DNA of 31,521 nt from positions 1-31,521 of IMG/VR virus record IMGVR_UViG_3300011335_000460. One strand, 5' to 3'. The stretch comes from a virus (Duplodnaviria > Caudoviricetes). A model generated the notes under the pieces. The model saw only the letters and a list, made by a program, of their open reading frames with translations, was not told where the DNA came from and searched no databases. Each line of letters begins with the position of its first letter. Positions within the stretch are counted from its first letter, which is position 1. This document shows, piece by piece, positions 17,999 through 27,152 of this stretch. A program made the translations under genes and the position numbers.

Positions 17999-18601
17999 AT
18001 GCCATTAGCCCACGGGAAATCTCAAAAAACCATCAGTTCAAATATTTCGGAAATGGTCGCTTCCGGCCATCCCCAGAAGCAGGCGATTGCTGCGGCGCTG
18101 AATACCGCCCGGCACACAAAAGCATTCGGCGGCAGTCATATGCCGCGCCCGCCGAAGATGGGCGGGACCAAGCTCCACACCGGCCCGATCCATAGCCGCG
18201 TTGCTGGCCGTACCGACCATCTGCCCATGCACGTCCCGTCGGGGTCTTATGTCATCCCTGCCGACATTATCTCGGCAATGGGCGAGGGCAACACGATGGC
18301 CGGGTTTACGCACATGAAGCGGATATTCGGCGGCGTTCCGTATGGCGGCGCTGGCGCTCCGTATGGCGCGTCCGGTGGCCCTTACGGTTCCTCAATGCCT
18401 CGCAAGGCCGAAGGCGGCGACGTTTCCGGCGTCCCTATCGTGGCGGCAGGTGGCGAATACGTCTTGACGCCAGATGAGGTTGTTTGGGCTGGCGACGGCG
18501 ATCTTGAGACCGGCCACAAGGTTCTTGACGACTTTGTTAAGCAGACACGCGCGCAGACTGTGCAGACACTCAAAGCCCTCCCCGGCCCAAAGAAAGATTA
18601 A
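17999..18601 (+). CDS. Protein with an N-terminal MPLxxGKSQKTIS module and two GG...G[SE]YV modules
   Basis: ATG 17999 after GAGGA; KAFGG...GRTDHLPMHVPSGSYVIPADII and KAEGG...VPIVAAGGEYVLTPDEV. Confidence 0.8.
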   Translation: MPLAHGKSQKTISSNISEMVASGHPQKQAIAAALNTARHTKAFGGSHMPRPPKMGGTKLHTGPIHSRVAGRTDHLPMHVPSGSYVIPADIISAMGEGNTMAGFTHMKRIFGGVPYGGAGAPYGASGGPYGSSMPRKAEGGDVSGVPIVAAGGEYVLTPDEVVWAGDGDLETGHKVLDDFVKQTRAQTVQTLKALPGPKKD

Positions 18602-18602
18602 C

Positions 18603-19091
18603 ATGACCGAAGAACTGGTAATCCGCATCGCTGGCCCGAACGACGTGGACGAGGTAATGCGCCTCGCATTGTCGAGTTGCGCCGAGAACGGGTTCATTAA
18701 TCCAAACCCGTTGAAATTGCTGGCGGAAATATGGCCCGCACTTAACCGGGACAGGGGCATGGTCGCCGTTATCGGAAAGCCGGGCGGTATTGCGGAGGGC
18801 GCAATTCTATTGCGTGTTGGCTCGATGTGGTACGGAGATCAAGAAGTATTGGAAGAAAAGGCAGTATTCGTTCACCCTGATTTCAGGTCTGCAAAAGGTG
18901 GTCGCGCTCGTAAACTTTGCGAGTTCAGTAAACAGGTCGCTGATGGGCTTGGTATTCCATTGATTATTGGTGTATTGTCTAATAATCGCACGGAGGCAAA
19001 GGTCAGAATGTATAAGCGGACCTTTGGCGAGCCTAGTGGGGCGTTCTTTCTTTATGGCGCTACGACCGGCCATTCGACCGTGGAGCACTGA
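18603..19091 (+). CDS. GNAT-fold acyltransferase
   Basis: IRIAGPNDVDEV start; motif A-like VFVHPDFRSAKGGRARKLCEF; MYKR; upstream of the ejection genes. Confidence 0.8.
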   Translation: MTEELVIRIAGPNDVDEVMRLALSSCAENGFINPNPLKLLAEIWPALNRDRGMVAVIGKPGGIAEGAILLRVGSMWYGDQEVLEEKAVFVHPDFRSAKGGRARKLCEFSKQVADGLGIPLIIGVLSNNRTEAKVRMYKRTFGEPSGAFFLYGATTGHSTVEH

Positions 19092-19093
19092 TC

Positions 19094-19861
19094 GTGGGTG
19101 GTCTTTTCTACGTTTACGAGCACTGGCGTCCTGATCGGGACACTTGTTTCTATGTGGGCAAGGGGAAGGGTCGCCGGGCTAATGATATGAAGCGGGGCCG
19201 TAACCGTTTTCATAAGTTTATCCAAGATAAATTATCAAGGATGAGCCTACTTGTTGAAGTTCGCATAGTTCAGGGCGAATTGGATGAGGAATCCGCATTT
19301 TCACTTGAAAAAAAACGTATCGCATTTTGGAAAAATAGCGGCGTCGATATTGCTAATCCAACTTCTGGCGGCGAAGGTCCGTCCGGCATGATCGTGTCAG
19401 AAGAAACTCGTCGAAAACACAGCATATCTTCGACCGGCAGAAAATTGTCTGAAAATGCAAAAAAAGCTATTTCGGTATCCGCAATAGGTAATACTCGTGG
19501 ATTGGGCAAAAAGAGGCCAATCGAAGCGATTGAGGCTACTAGGAAAGCTAATATTGGAAAGAAACGTAGCGAAGAAACCAAACTTAAATTGAGAATTATC
19601 CGTATAAATAACCCGACATTTGCGGGCAAGCACCATACTGAGGATACGATTGAAAAGATTAGCGCACCGCAACGTGGCAGGCCAAAATCTGAAGAGACAA
19701 AAGCGCGTATGCGTAAGCCAAAAAGTGAAGAACATAAATTGAAACTTTCACTTGCGAATATTGGTAAAACTCATTCGCCTGAAACACTGAAAAAGATATC
19801 AGAAAACTCCCGCCAACAGTGGGCAAAGCGTAAGTCTCTTTCACTTATGCAGAAGGAATAG
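19094..19861 (+). mobile_element. Free-standing GIY-YIG homing endonuclease with NUMOD3-type repeats
   Basis: FYVYEH...FYVGKG...R...LE...N-x3-GGEG; repeats SEETRRK, SEETKLK, SEETKAR, SEEHKLK, SPETLKK; visibly AT-richer than its flanks. Confidence 0.88.
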
Positions 19862-19865
19862 CACC

Positions 19866-22800
19866 GTGGGCGGTAAGACTAGCCAAAGCACAAGTTCCGT
19901 TTCAATCCCCCCCGAGGTTTTGGCGCGATATAATGCCGTAAATCTCAGGGCAGAAGACACCGCAAAACAAGGGTTTCAGCAGTATTCCAGCGACCCGAAC
20001 GCATTTGTCGCTCCCCTGACGGCTGGGCAGCAGGCAGGTGTTGCCAATACAAATCAATACGCCAATGCGGCGCAGCCTTATTACGGTGCGGCGGCTGGTA
20101 TGACGGCGGCAGGCGCTGGCCCAATTAACGCGGGCGAGCTAAACACGCAGAAATATATGAACCCGTTCACCAAGAACGTGGCTGATACGACGCAGCAGGC
20201 TCTACAGCAGCAGCAAGAGCAGGCCATGTCTGGCCAGACCGGCAACGCCATCCGTTCCGGTGCGTTCGGCGGCGACCGTTCTGGCATTGCGGCGGCTGTC
20301 GCGCAGCGTCAGAACCAGCAGGGCATGGCTCAGGCTATCGCGCCGATCTACGAGCGCGGGTATTCGCAGGCGCAACAGACGGCTGCACAGCAGCAGGGCG
20401 TCGGCCTTGGGGCAGAACAGGCTAACGCGGCGCGCTACATGCAGGCGGGGCAGCAATTGGCTGGCCTTGGCTCGGCAGCGCAGACGGCTGGCCTACAGGG
20501 CGCACAGGCGCAGTTGGCGGCGGGCAAAGAGCAGCAGCAGACCGAACAGGCCGGTAAGACGGCCATGTACAACCAGTTTCTTCAGCAGCAGGGCTACCCG
20601 TTCCAGGTTGCACAGTTCCTTGCGAATATCGCAATGGGCACGGGCGCATTGTCTGGATCGACGACCACCACGACGCAGCCGCAATCGTTCTTTTCTGACC
20701 GCCGCCTGAAGCACGACATTCGCAAGATTGGCGAGACGGACGACGGGCAGCCGATTTACAAATTCAAGTATAAGGGCGACCCGAAAGAGCAGACGCACAT
20801 TGGCCTGATGGCTCAGGAAGTCGAAAAGAAGCATCCAGAGGCTGTCGGCCTGTCTGGCGGATACAAGACAGTTGACTACGACAAGGCAACGCGCTTTGCG
20901 GAGGGCGGCCTTGTGCCGTCCAGCATGGGCGGTGCTGTCGATGAAGGCATGGCTTACGAGGGCTTTGCTGAAGGCGGAATGCCGTCCTTGAGCATCTTCG
21001 GTATGCCGGGCGGCGGATTGTCTGGGTATATCCCCGGCGAAGTCTTCAAAAACAATATGTCGCCGTCGGATCTTCAGAAAATGCAGTCCGGTTTCATGGC
21101 TCGCGGCGCTGGCCCGAGTTCAAAAACAGGCCTTGGCGCAGCGGCGACTGGTCTCAATGAGATCATGAGTGCTGAAAAATCCCTGGAAAGCGCCTATAAA
21201 ATGGGTTCCAGTGGGGTTGATTGGTTGAAGTCAAAGACCGCCGCCCGTGGCGGCGTTATGGGCTACGCTGGCGGCGGAATGCCGTATGGCGACGACGATA
21301 CTGACAGTACCGACATTCTCGGCGATGTCGTCAAGCAAGGTCAGCAGCAGCACGCATCGCTGCCGAAGCCCGGCGAGGCACCGAAAGCCCCACAGAGCGG
21401 CATCGGGCAGTTGGCGCAGGGTGTTGGCGCACTGAATAGCGGGATGAAAGCCGCGCAGGGTCTATATACGGGCGCTGGAAAACTTGGATCAATGATTTCC
21501 GGCCTTGGCTCGGCGGCTGAAGGCGCAGGCGCTGCGGCTGGCGCTGCTGAGGGGCTTGGGGCTGCGGCTGGCGCTGCCGGAACATTGGGCTCCATCGGAT
21601 CTGGATTGGCGGCGGCAGGATCGACGGCGGCTGAATTGCTGCCGTTCTTGATGATGCTCTCCGACGAGCGCGCGAAGCACGACAAGAAGAAGGTTGGCGA
21701 GCTTTATGATGGCCAGCCGGTCTATAGCTACAAATACAACGGCGACAACCGCACCCAGCTCGGCCTGATGGCGCAGAATGTTGAGCGGAGCCATCCCGAG
21801 GCCGTCGGATCAATGCACGGCATGAAGATGGTTGACTACGACAGGGCAACGTCAGACGCGGCTGATCGTGGGCATTTCTACAGCGGCGGCCTTGTGCCGC
21901 GACATGGGTATCAAGAAGGTGGACCGCCCGCAGATTATAGCTTTGAAGCTGACCTTCCGGCAGAAGGCGCGCAGGAGGTCGCATTTAGAGGCGATGCCGA
22001 TACTAAAAACAGAATCCGGGAAGGAATTATCTCTGCGGCCAATGAGCGTGGTATTGACCCGGTTCACCTCGCTACTGCGATATCCTATGAAACAGGCGGA
22101 ACTTTTGATCCTACCCAAGCTGGGCCGAGGACCAAATGGGGTCGACATCGCGGGCTTATTCAGTTTGGAGAACCGCAGGCCGAAAAATACAAAGTTGATT
22201 GGAATAACCCCGTAGAAACCCAGCTCGGTCCTGACGGAGCTGTCTCAAGGTATTTGGCCGATACCGGCGTCAAACCCGGCATGGGCTTGAAAGACATTTA
22301 CTCGGCCATTAATGCGGGCGGTGTCGGTCGTTACGGAGCGAGAGACGCCCAGCAAGGCGGCGCACCCGGAACCGTGGCCGATAAGGTCGAACAGCAGATG
22401 GGCGGACATCGCACAAATGCTATGAATCTACTTGGTGAGGACGGCACGCAAGGCGATACAAATGTTCCTGCGGCACGTGCCAGATCTTCTGGCGTCTCCC
22501 CGTCCGGCACATCTGCTCGAACTGAAGCGGAACCATCTGCACTTGGCGGCCTTGGTTCGGCAATGGGTGGTATAGGCGACTGGTTCAGTGAGAACAAAGG
22601 TATCATTCTTCCCGTCCTCTCCGGCCTTGGGAAAATGGCGTCTTCGCCCAGCCGTTACCTTGGATCGGCTATCCTTCAGGGTCTGGGCGGCGGTGCCGAA
22701 GCCTATTCCAGTCTCCAGAAAGAGCAGAGTGAAATCGCCAAGAATACGCTTGGCCTGGCTCAGGGAATGTTTGTTCCGGTTGATATTGGCCCATACAAAA

Positions 22801-24104
22801 ATCAATTCTACAACACGACAACTAACCAGTATTACACTTCGGCTCAGAAAAATGCAGCTATTGCAGGGTTGCTCAAAGCGTCGGGCGTTCCGCCGTCCAT
22901 GTACGCTGCACTTCTTTCTCCGTCTGCTGGGGTTGGTTCTAAAGCATCGGTTCCGCAGGCTTCGGACTCTACGGGAGAAGGACGTACGTCTACACAACAG
23001 GACTTGCCCGCACCCACTGATACAGGCGCTACATCAAGCGAAGCTCCTTCTATAAGCCAACCTGCGGCCCCTGCTGCTGGGGCAGCCGCTCCGGCGGCAG
23101 TCGTTACAAAACCGCCGGTTGACGAAGTCGAAACCGGCATTGTTCAACCGATTCCAATTCCATCGCAAAGATACAAAAACGCTCAAGAGGAGTATAATCC
23201 CGCTTTCCTTTCACAAAGAATACAAAGAAACGAAGCGGCTAAACTTTCTGCTCAAAGTCGTGGTGACTCTGCTAAGGCTGCGACGTTTGACGCACAAATC
23301 AAAACTGATTCGGACAAAATAAAAGGAATAAAAGACGGAAGTATTCCCGTCATGGACAATAACGGAAATCAGATTATTATTCCTGAGATTGAAAGAAACA
23401 AAGCTATTTCTAAGTCAAACGAGGCCATACCTACGCGCGTTGATGCGTTTAATAAGGAAGTTCTAGGATCTCAAGAGCAGGTTATAATTCAGAGGCAGCT
23501 TAATGAAATGTTGAATAAAGCATACACTTCAACCGACCTTGGTCCTGGGTCTGATTTTCAACAAAAATTGTATAACATTGCATCCAATGTGCCGGGAGTT
23601 CGTAATTTTCTGGAAAAATACGACACCGCCGGTAAATGGAATCTTGCTGTAAAGAGTTCGGATTATGCGCTAGCTGAGAAAGCCGCTATTACGGAGGCTA
23701 TTACGGCCATTCGTGAAGCTCAGGCTCAACGCGCGCCCGGCACCACTTTGAAATTTACCATGCAAACTGTTCCGGCGGCCAACTTGTCGGCTGGCGCGCG
23801 GTATGAACTCATTGCAAAAAATAATGGGAACATAGACAGGCAGGAGAAACTCAATAACGATTGGTTGGATACGATTAAGAAAGGTCAATATCCTGATCCA
23901 AACCTGTTTGTGAGAGCGTGGAAATTGAAGCCTGAAAACGATCCAAAAGTATTTATTGAAAAAGCCAAACAGAACACGCCCGCTTACGCTGGTATGACCG
24001 AGGGTGAAAAAGCACAATACGGACCAAAAGATCCTGTACACAGAGCAATATTTATGAACCCTCAGATTCTTATGGATGAGCTTAAACGCCGTGGGGCTCA
24101 GTAA
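19866..24104 (+). CDS. Large ejection (DNA transfer) protein with two internal peptidase S74 domains and a lysozyme-like domain
   Basis: Gln/Ala-rich N-terminus (YMNPF, GAFGGDR); SDRRLK at nt 20694 and SDERAK at nt 21660, each with GLMAQ...VDYD; transglycosylase-like AISYETGGTFDP...GLIQF at ~22010-22430. Confidence 0.85.
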   Translation: MGGKTSQSTSSVSIPPEVLARYNAVNLRAEDTAKQGFQQYSSDPNAFVAPLTAGQQAGVANTNQYANAAQPYYGAAAGMTAAGAGPINAGELNTQKYMNPFTKNVADTTQQALQQQQEQAMSGQTGNAIRSGAFGGDRSGIAAAVAQRQNQQGMAQAIAPIYERGYSQAQQTAAQQQGVGLGAEQANAARYMQAGQQLAGLGSAAQTAGLQGAQAQLAAGKEQQQTEQAGKTAMYNQFLQQQGYPFQVAQFLANIAMGTGALSGSTTTTTQPQSFFSDRRLKHDIRKIGETDDGQPIYKFKYKGDPKEQTHIGLMAQEVEKKHPEAVGLSGGYKTVDYDKATRFAEGGLVPSSMGGAVDEGMAYEGFAEGGMPSLSIFGMPGGGLSGYIPGEVFKNNMSPSDLQKMQSGFMARGAGPSSKTGLGAAATGLNEIMSAEKSLESAYKMGSSGVDWLKSKTAARGGVMGYAGGGMPYGDDDTDSTDILGDVVKQGQQQHASLPKPGEAPKAPQSGIGQLAQGVGALNSGMKAAQGLYTGAGKLGSMISGLGSAAEGAGAAAGAAEGLGAAAGAAGTLGSIGSGLAAAGSTAAELLPFLMMLSDERAKHDKKKVGELYDGQPVYSYKYNGDNRTQLGLMAQNVERSHPEAVGSMHGMKMVDYDRATSDAADRGHFYSGGLVPRHGYQEGGPPADYSFEADLPAEGAQEVAFRGDADTKNRIREGIISAANERGIDPVHLATAISYETGGTFDPTQAGPRTKWGRHRGLIQFGEPQAEKYKVDWNNPVETQLGPDGAVSRYLADTGVKPGMGLKDIYSAINAGGVGRYGARDAQQGGAPGTVADKVEQQMGGHRTNAMNLLGEDGTQGDTNVPAARARSSGVSPSGTSARTEAEPSALGGLGSAMGGIGDWFSENKGIILPVLSGLGKMASSPSRYLGSAILQGLGGGAEAYSSLQKEQSEIAKNTLGLAQGMFVPVDIGPYKNQFYNTTTNQYYTSAQKNAAIAGLLKASGVPPSMYAALLSPSAGVGSKASVPQASDSTGEGRTSTQQDLPAPTDTGATSSEAPSISQPAAPAAGAAAPAAVVTKPPVDEVETGIVQPIPIPSQRYKNAQEEYNPAFLSQRIQRNEAAKLSAQSRGDSAKAATFDAQIKTDSDKIKGIKDGSIPVMDNNGNQIIIPEIERNKAISKSNEAIPTRVDAFNKEVLGSQEQVIIQRQLNEMLNKAYTSTDLGPGSDFQQKLYNIASNVPGVRNFLEKYDTAGKWNLAVKSSDYALAEKAAITEAITAIREAQAQRAPGTTLKFTMQTVPAANLSAGARYELIAKNNGNIDRQEKLNNDWLDTIKKGQYPDPNLFVRAWKLKPENDPKVFIEKAKQNTPAYAGMTEGEKAQYGPKDPVHRAIFMNPQILMDELKRRGAQ

Positions 24105-26584
24105 TGGCAGGTAACTTAGATCTATCTTCCATTCCAACTGACGTTCTTAAGGCGTATGCGTCTAAACTTGGCGCTGCGCCGACTGCTGCGCCGACAACCA
24201 AGTCAAATGTCGATCTGAGTTCAATATCGACTGAAGAATTGCAGAAATATGCTGATAGCATGGGCATCAATACGGGGGGTGCCGAAACACCCCCCACCAA
24301 AACCGTAACCGCGCAAAACTTTACCACGCCTGAGCAGGACATGGAGGCCCGTGCGGCTAAGTTCCGCCCCGAGGCGGCAAAAGCTATAGCGGGGCAATCT
24401 GCGTTAAGAACAATGGTTCCGATGGGCGCAGACATTCCTGTTTTTGGGCCACTGGTTCAACGTGGAATTGCAAAATACAAATCTACCGGCACGGAAGATC
24501 AGGGTAAATACGGCTCCACGCCAGAAGAACGGTACAGAAACATACTGGCCGAGAACAAGGCGTATGAGACCGAACGCAACGTACAGAACCCCAACCTGAG
24601 CTGGGTTCCGAGTATTGCTGGCGGCATTGCGTCTGCTGCTGCAGTCCCATTGGCGTTAGCGGCATTACCGGCGGCTCCTGCAGGCGCTGCGGGTGTCGGC
24701 GGAACATTGGCGGCGTTACGTGCGGCGAGTGCTGCTCGGCCAATTGCATCGGCAATTGGTAGCGGCATAGGGTGGGGCGCAGCGTCTACCGCTGCCGAAA
24801 CTCTGCCCGGAGAAAGCGCAGAAGACTACGCCCTACGGATTGGTACAGGCGCAGCAATAGGCGCTCCGCTTGGTTTTGCCGGTTACGGAGTCAGTAAGGC
24901 AATTGTCGGGGCTGGTAAGGGTGTAGCCAACGCATCGAGTTTATTGTTCAACCCTGAACAACACGCCATCGGCAAGATGGCGGCTGCTGAAGCCGCAGCT
25001 CCCGTGGCGTCTAAAGGATTGTCGTCGGCAGAAGCCGCCGCGTTAAGGGATGCGGGTGCTCCAGTTGTAGCCACAGACATCAGAGGTGTAACGCCTGCTG
25101 TCCAGAAAGCCGCCAATCGGCTTCCAGAAAATGAGAATATTGCAAAAATAAACGACTCGCTGCTGGCTCGAACACAGGAAAGCAGCGTCAAATTTCAATC
25201 GATGATTGATGACGCACACGCAGTCAAAGTCGGCAACCCAGCCGCCGTAATAGACCCCGTCGCGTCAAGAGCTGCCGCTGATGCAGAAGCGCGGCTCGTT
25301 AACAAACCGGCCTACGACGCCGCATATGCCGCACCCGCAGCTCAAAACATCTGGAATTCAAACCTAGAAAATCTGATTAATACTAAACATGGCCAAAGTG
25401 CAATTGACTGGGCAGTGACTAATTCTAACGCACATGCGTATGACACTAAATCTATACCTATTCGAAACCCGTTTGTTAAAAATTCCAAAACTGGACTCTA
25501 CGAATTTCCTATTGGTGCGCCGCCGCCGTCACTACAGTTCTGGGATTGGGTTAAACGCGGATTAAACGGTGCGACAAGCGTAGCGAGGAACAAAGGGGAT
25601 AACGATAGCGCGAGGGTTATTGCTAATAACGCACGAAGCCTTACTGATGATTTGAAAACTACAGTTCCAGAATACGGCACTGCATTGCAGGGCGCGCAAC
25701 GCTATATAAAGGAAGACAACGCCTTTGACGCGGGGATGAAGTTCTTTACTCTTGCGGATGCGTCAAAGAAAACGGACCCGATGGTCTTGGGTAAGCAGTT
25801 GGATTTCTTCAAAAACCCCAACCCACAGAAGCAGTACACGACCGGGGAGAAAGCGGGCTTTAATGAAGGCCTGCTGTCCTTCTTGAAATCAAATCCTGAA
25901 CAAGCCGCAAAGGTGTTTGCCAAGAACGACGCTGCAACAATGAATAATCTTCAGTCCGTCATGGACCCGCAGGTATTCAAAGCGGTGCAGACGGCCTCTC
26001 AGGTTCAGCGCATTTCGGCTTTGGCAAAGACAATCGTCCCACCGGCAGAGCCCTCCCGTCTAAAGGGCGTCTTGCAGGGCGGCATAGGCGCAACTGTTCT
26101 GGTCGGTATTTATAATCACATACCAGAAATCATAGCTCATATGAGTAACCCGGCATCTCTTATTGGAACCGGCTTATTGGCCGGTACTGGCCTTGCAACA
26201 AGATCCGCCTACAACGGAATACAAAACCGAAATGCGCGTATTCTTTTAGAAATGGCAACATCAAACGATCCGGCCATACTGAAGAAGGTTCAGGAAGCCG
26301 CTGCATCTAACGCCAATGTTCGAACAGCTTTGCATGAGCTGGAACAGGGGATGGCGCGTTATCTTGCTGCAAAGGGAACGACTTACTCAACTCCTCCCGA
26401 GGCTTCAAATTCTCGTATTCAACGCAAATCCGGCGGCAAGGTCGGCCACGCGCATCTTGTCAGCCGGTTGATGAAACTGGCGGAGCACGCCAAGAAAAGC
26501 TCGAATAAGGCTACCGAGCCTCTCTTGAATGCGTCAGACGATCACGTCGTCAGGGCTTTGGATGTAGCGCAGCGGGCTATCTAA
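24104..26584 (+). CDS. Second large putative ejection/internal virion protein
   Basis: TAATG coupling; Ala/Gly-rich hydrophobic segments; two N-terminal DLSSI repeats; RKSGG near the C-terminus; last gene of the operon. Confidence 0.75.
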   Translation: MAGNLDLSSIPTDVLKAYASKLGAAPTAAPTTKSNVDLSSISTEELQKYADSMGINTGGAETPPTKTVTAQNFTTPEQDMEARAAKFRPEAAKAIAGQSALRTMVPMGADIPVFGPLVQRGIAKYKSTGTEDQGKYGSTPEERYRNILAENKAYETERNVQNPNLSWVPSIAGGIASAAAVPLALAALPAAPAGAAGVGGTLAALRAASAARPIASAIGSGIGWGAASTAAETLPGESAEDYALRIGTGAAIGAPLGFAGYGVSKAIVGAGKGVANASSLLFNPEQHAIGKMAAAEAAAPVASKGLSSAEAAALRDAGAPVVATDIRGVTPAVQKAANRLPENENIAKINDSLLARTQESSVKFQSMIDDAHAVKVGNPAAVIDPVASRAAADAEARLVNKPAYDAAYAAPAAQNIWNSNLENLINTKHGQSAIDWAVTNSNAHAYDTKSIPIRNPFVKNSKTGLYEFPIGAPPPSLQFWDWVKRGLNGATSVARNKGDNDSARVIANNARSLTDDLKTTVPEYGTALQGAQRYIKEDNAFDAGMKFFTLADASKKTDPMVLGKQLDFFKNPNPQKQYTTGEKAGFNEGLLSFLKSNPEQAAKVFAKNDAATMNNLQSVMDPQVFKAVQTASQVQRISALAKTIVPPAEPSRLKGVLQGGIGATVLVGIYNHIPEIIAHMSNPASLIGTGLLAGTGLATRSAYNGIQNRNARILLEMATSNDPAILKKVQEAAASNANVRTALHELEQGMARYLAAKGTTYSTPPEASNSRIQRKSGGKVGHAHLVSRLMKLAEHAKKSSNKATEPLLNASDDHVVRALDVAQRAI

Positions 26585-26594
26585 AGCTTGCGCC

Positions 26595-27098
26595 TCAGAA
26601 CTGCTTATAGATGCGCGATTCCGTGGTAGCCCCAGTGCGCGGCTTGTAATAGTTGACGCTGTGGTGGTGAGCGCAGAACGAATGGCGAAGGACTGTTGCG
26701 CCGCAATACAAAGTATTTGCGCCGTCAACCGGCCCGATAATTTCGTGACACGTCGTCCGGTTCAGGTCGCGCATTCCAATGGGCAACACGTTTTCCATCG
26801 CGACGGTTTCGACGGGCGGGCGCACGTACACCAGCCGAATTGTAGGCTTTCTGGGTGGGGCTGCCTTTTTGACGGCAACCTTGGCCTTGTTGGCCTTTCT
26901 CTTATTGGCTTTCTTCTGTTGAATTGTGTCAGACGGCGGAAGCATCTTTCTCCCCCTCAATCTAAAAATGCGCCCCAGGATTGCCGAGCGCGTCGTCTTC
27001 TCGCCGGTCTGGTTCTCAACCTCTATCGCAATCCGGCTGGCGGGAGCTTTTTCGTGCCACATGCGAATAACGATTGCGTCTACGTCAATTATAGCCAT
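26595..27098 (-). CDS. gcrA: GcrA-family cell-cycle regulator homologue
   Basis: N-terminal W-x4-ASRIA...TRSAILGRIFRL, basic linker, C-terminal DLNRTTC...IG...YCG...FCAHH...Y. Confidence 0.82.
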   Translation of the reverse strand: MAIIDVDAIVIRMWHEKAPASRIAIEVENQTGEKTTRSAILGRIFRLRGRKMLPPSDTIQQKKANKRKANKAKVAVKKAAPPRKPTIRLVYVRPPVETVAMENVLPIGMRDLNRTTCHEIIGPVDGANTLYCGATVLRHSFCAHHHSVNYYKPRTGATTESRIYKQF

Positions 27099-27152
27099 AA
27101 TGATCTTTCCTTCATCTATACCGTTTGGGTGGGGGAACCCCTACGCTAACTC

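Noticed and set aside
19094-19861. Group I intron or intein around the endonuclease
   Set aside because: Only 2-4 nt flank the ORF, leaving no room for a ribozyme; it has its own start and stop and no intein termini.
288-26000. Many antisense and alternate-frame ORFs over the late operon
   Set aside because: They shadow well-supported + strand genes, lack RBSs and are expected from GC-rich codon bias.
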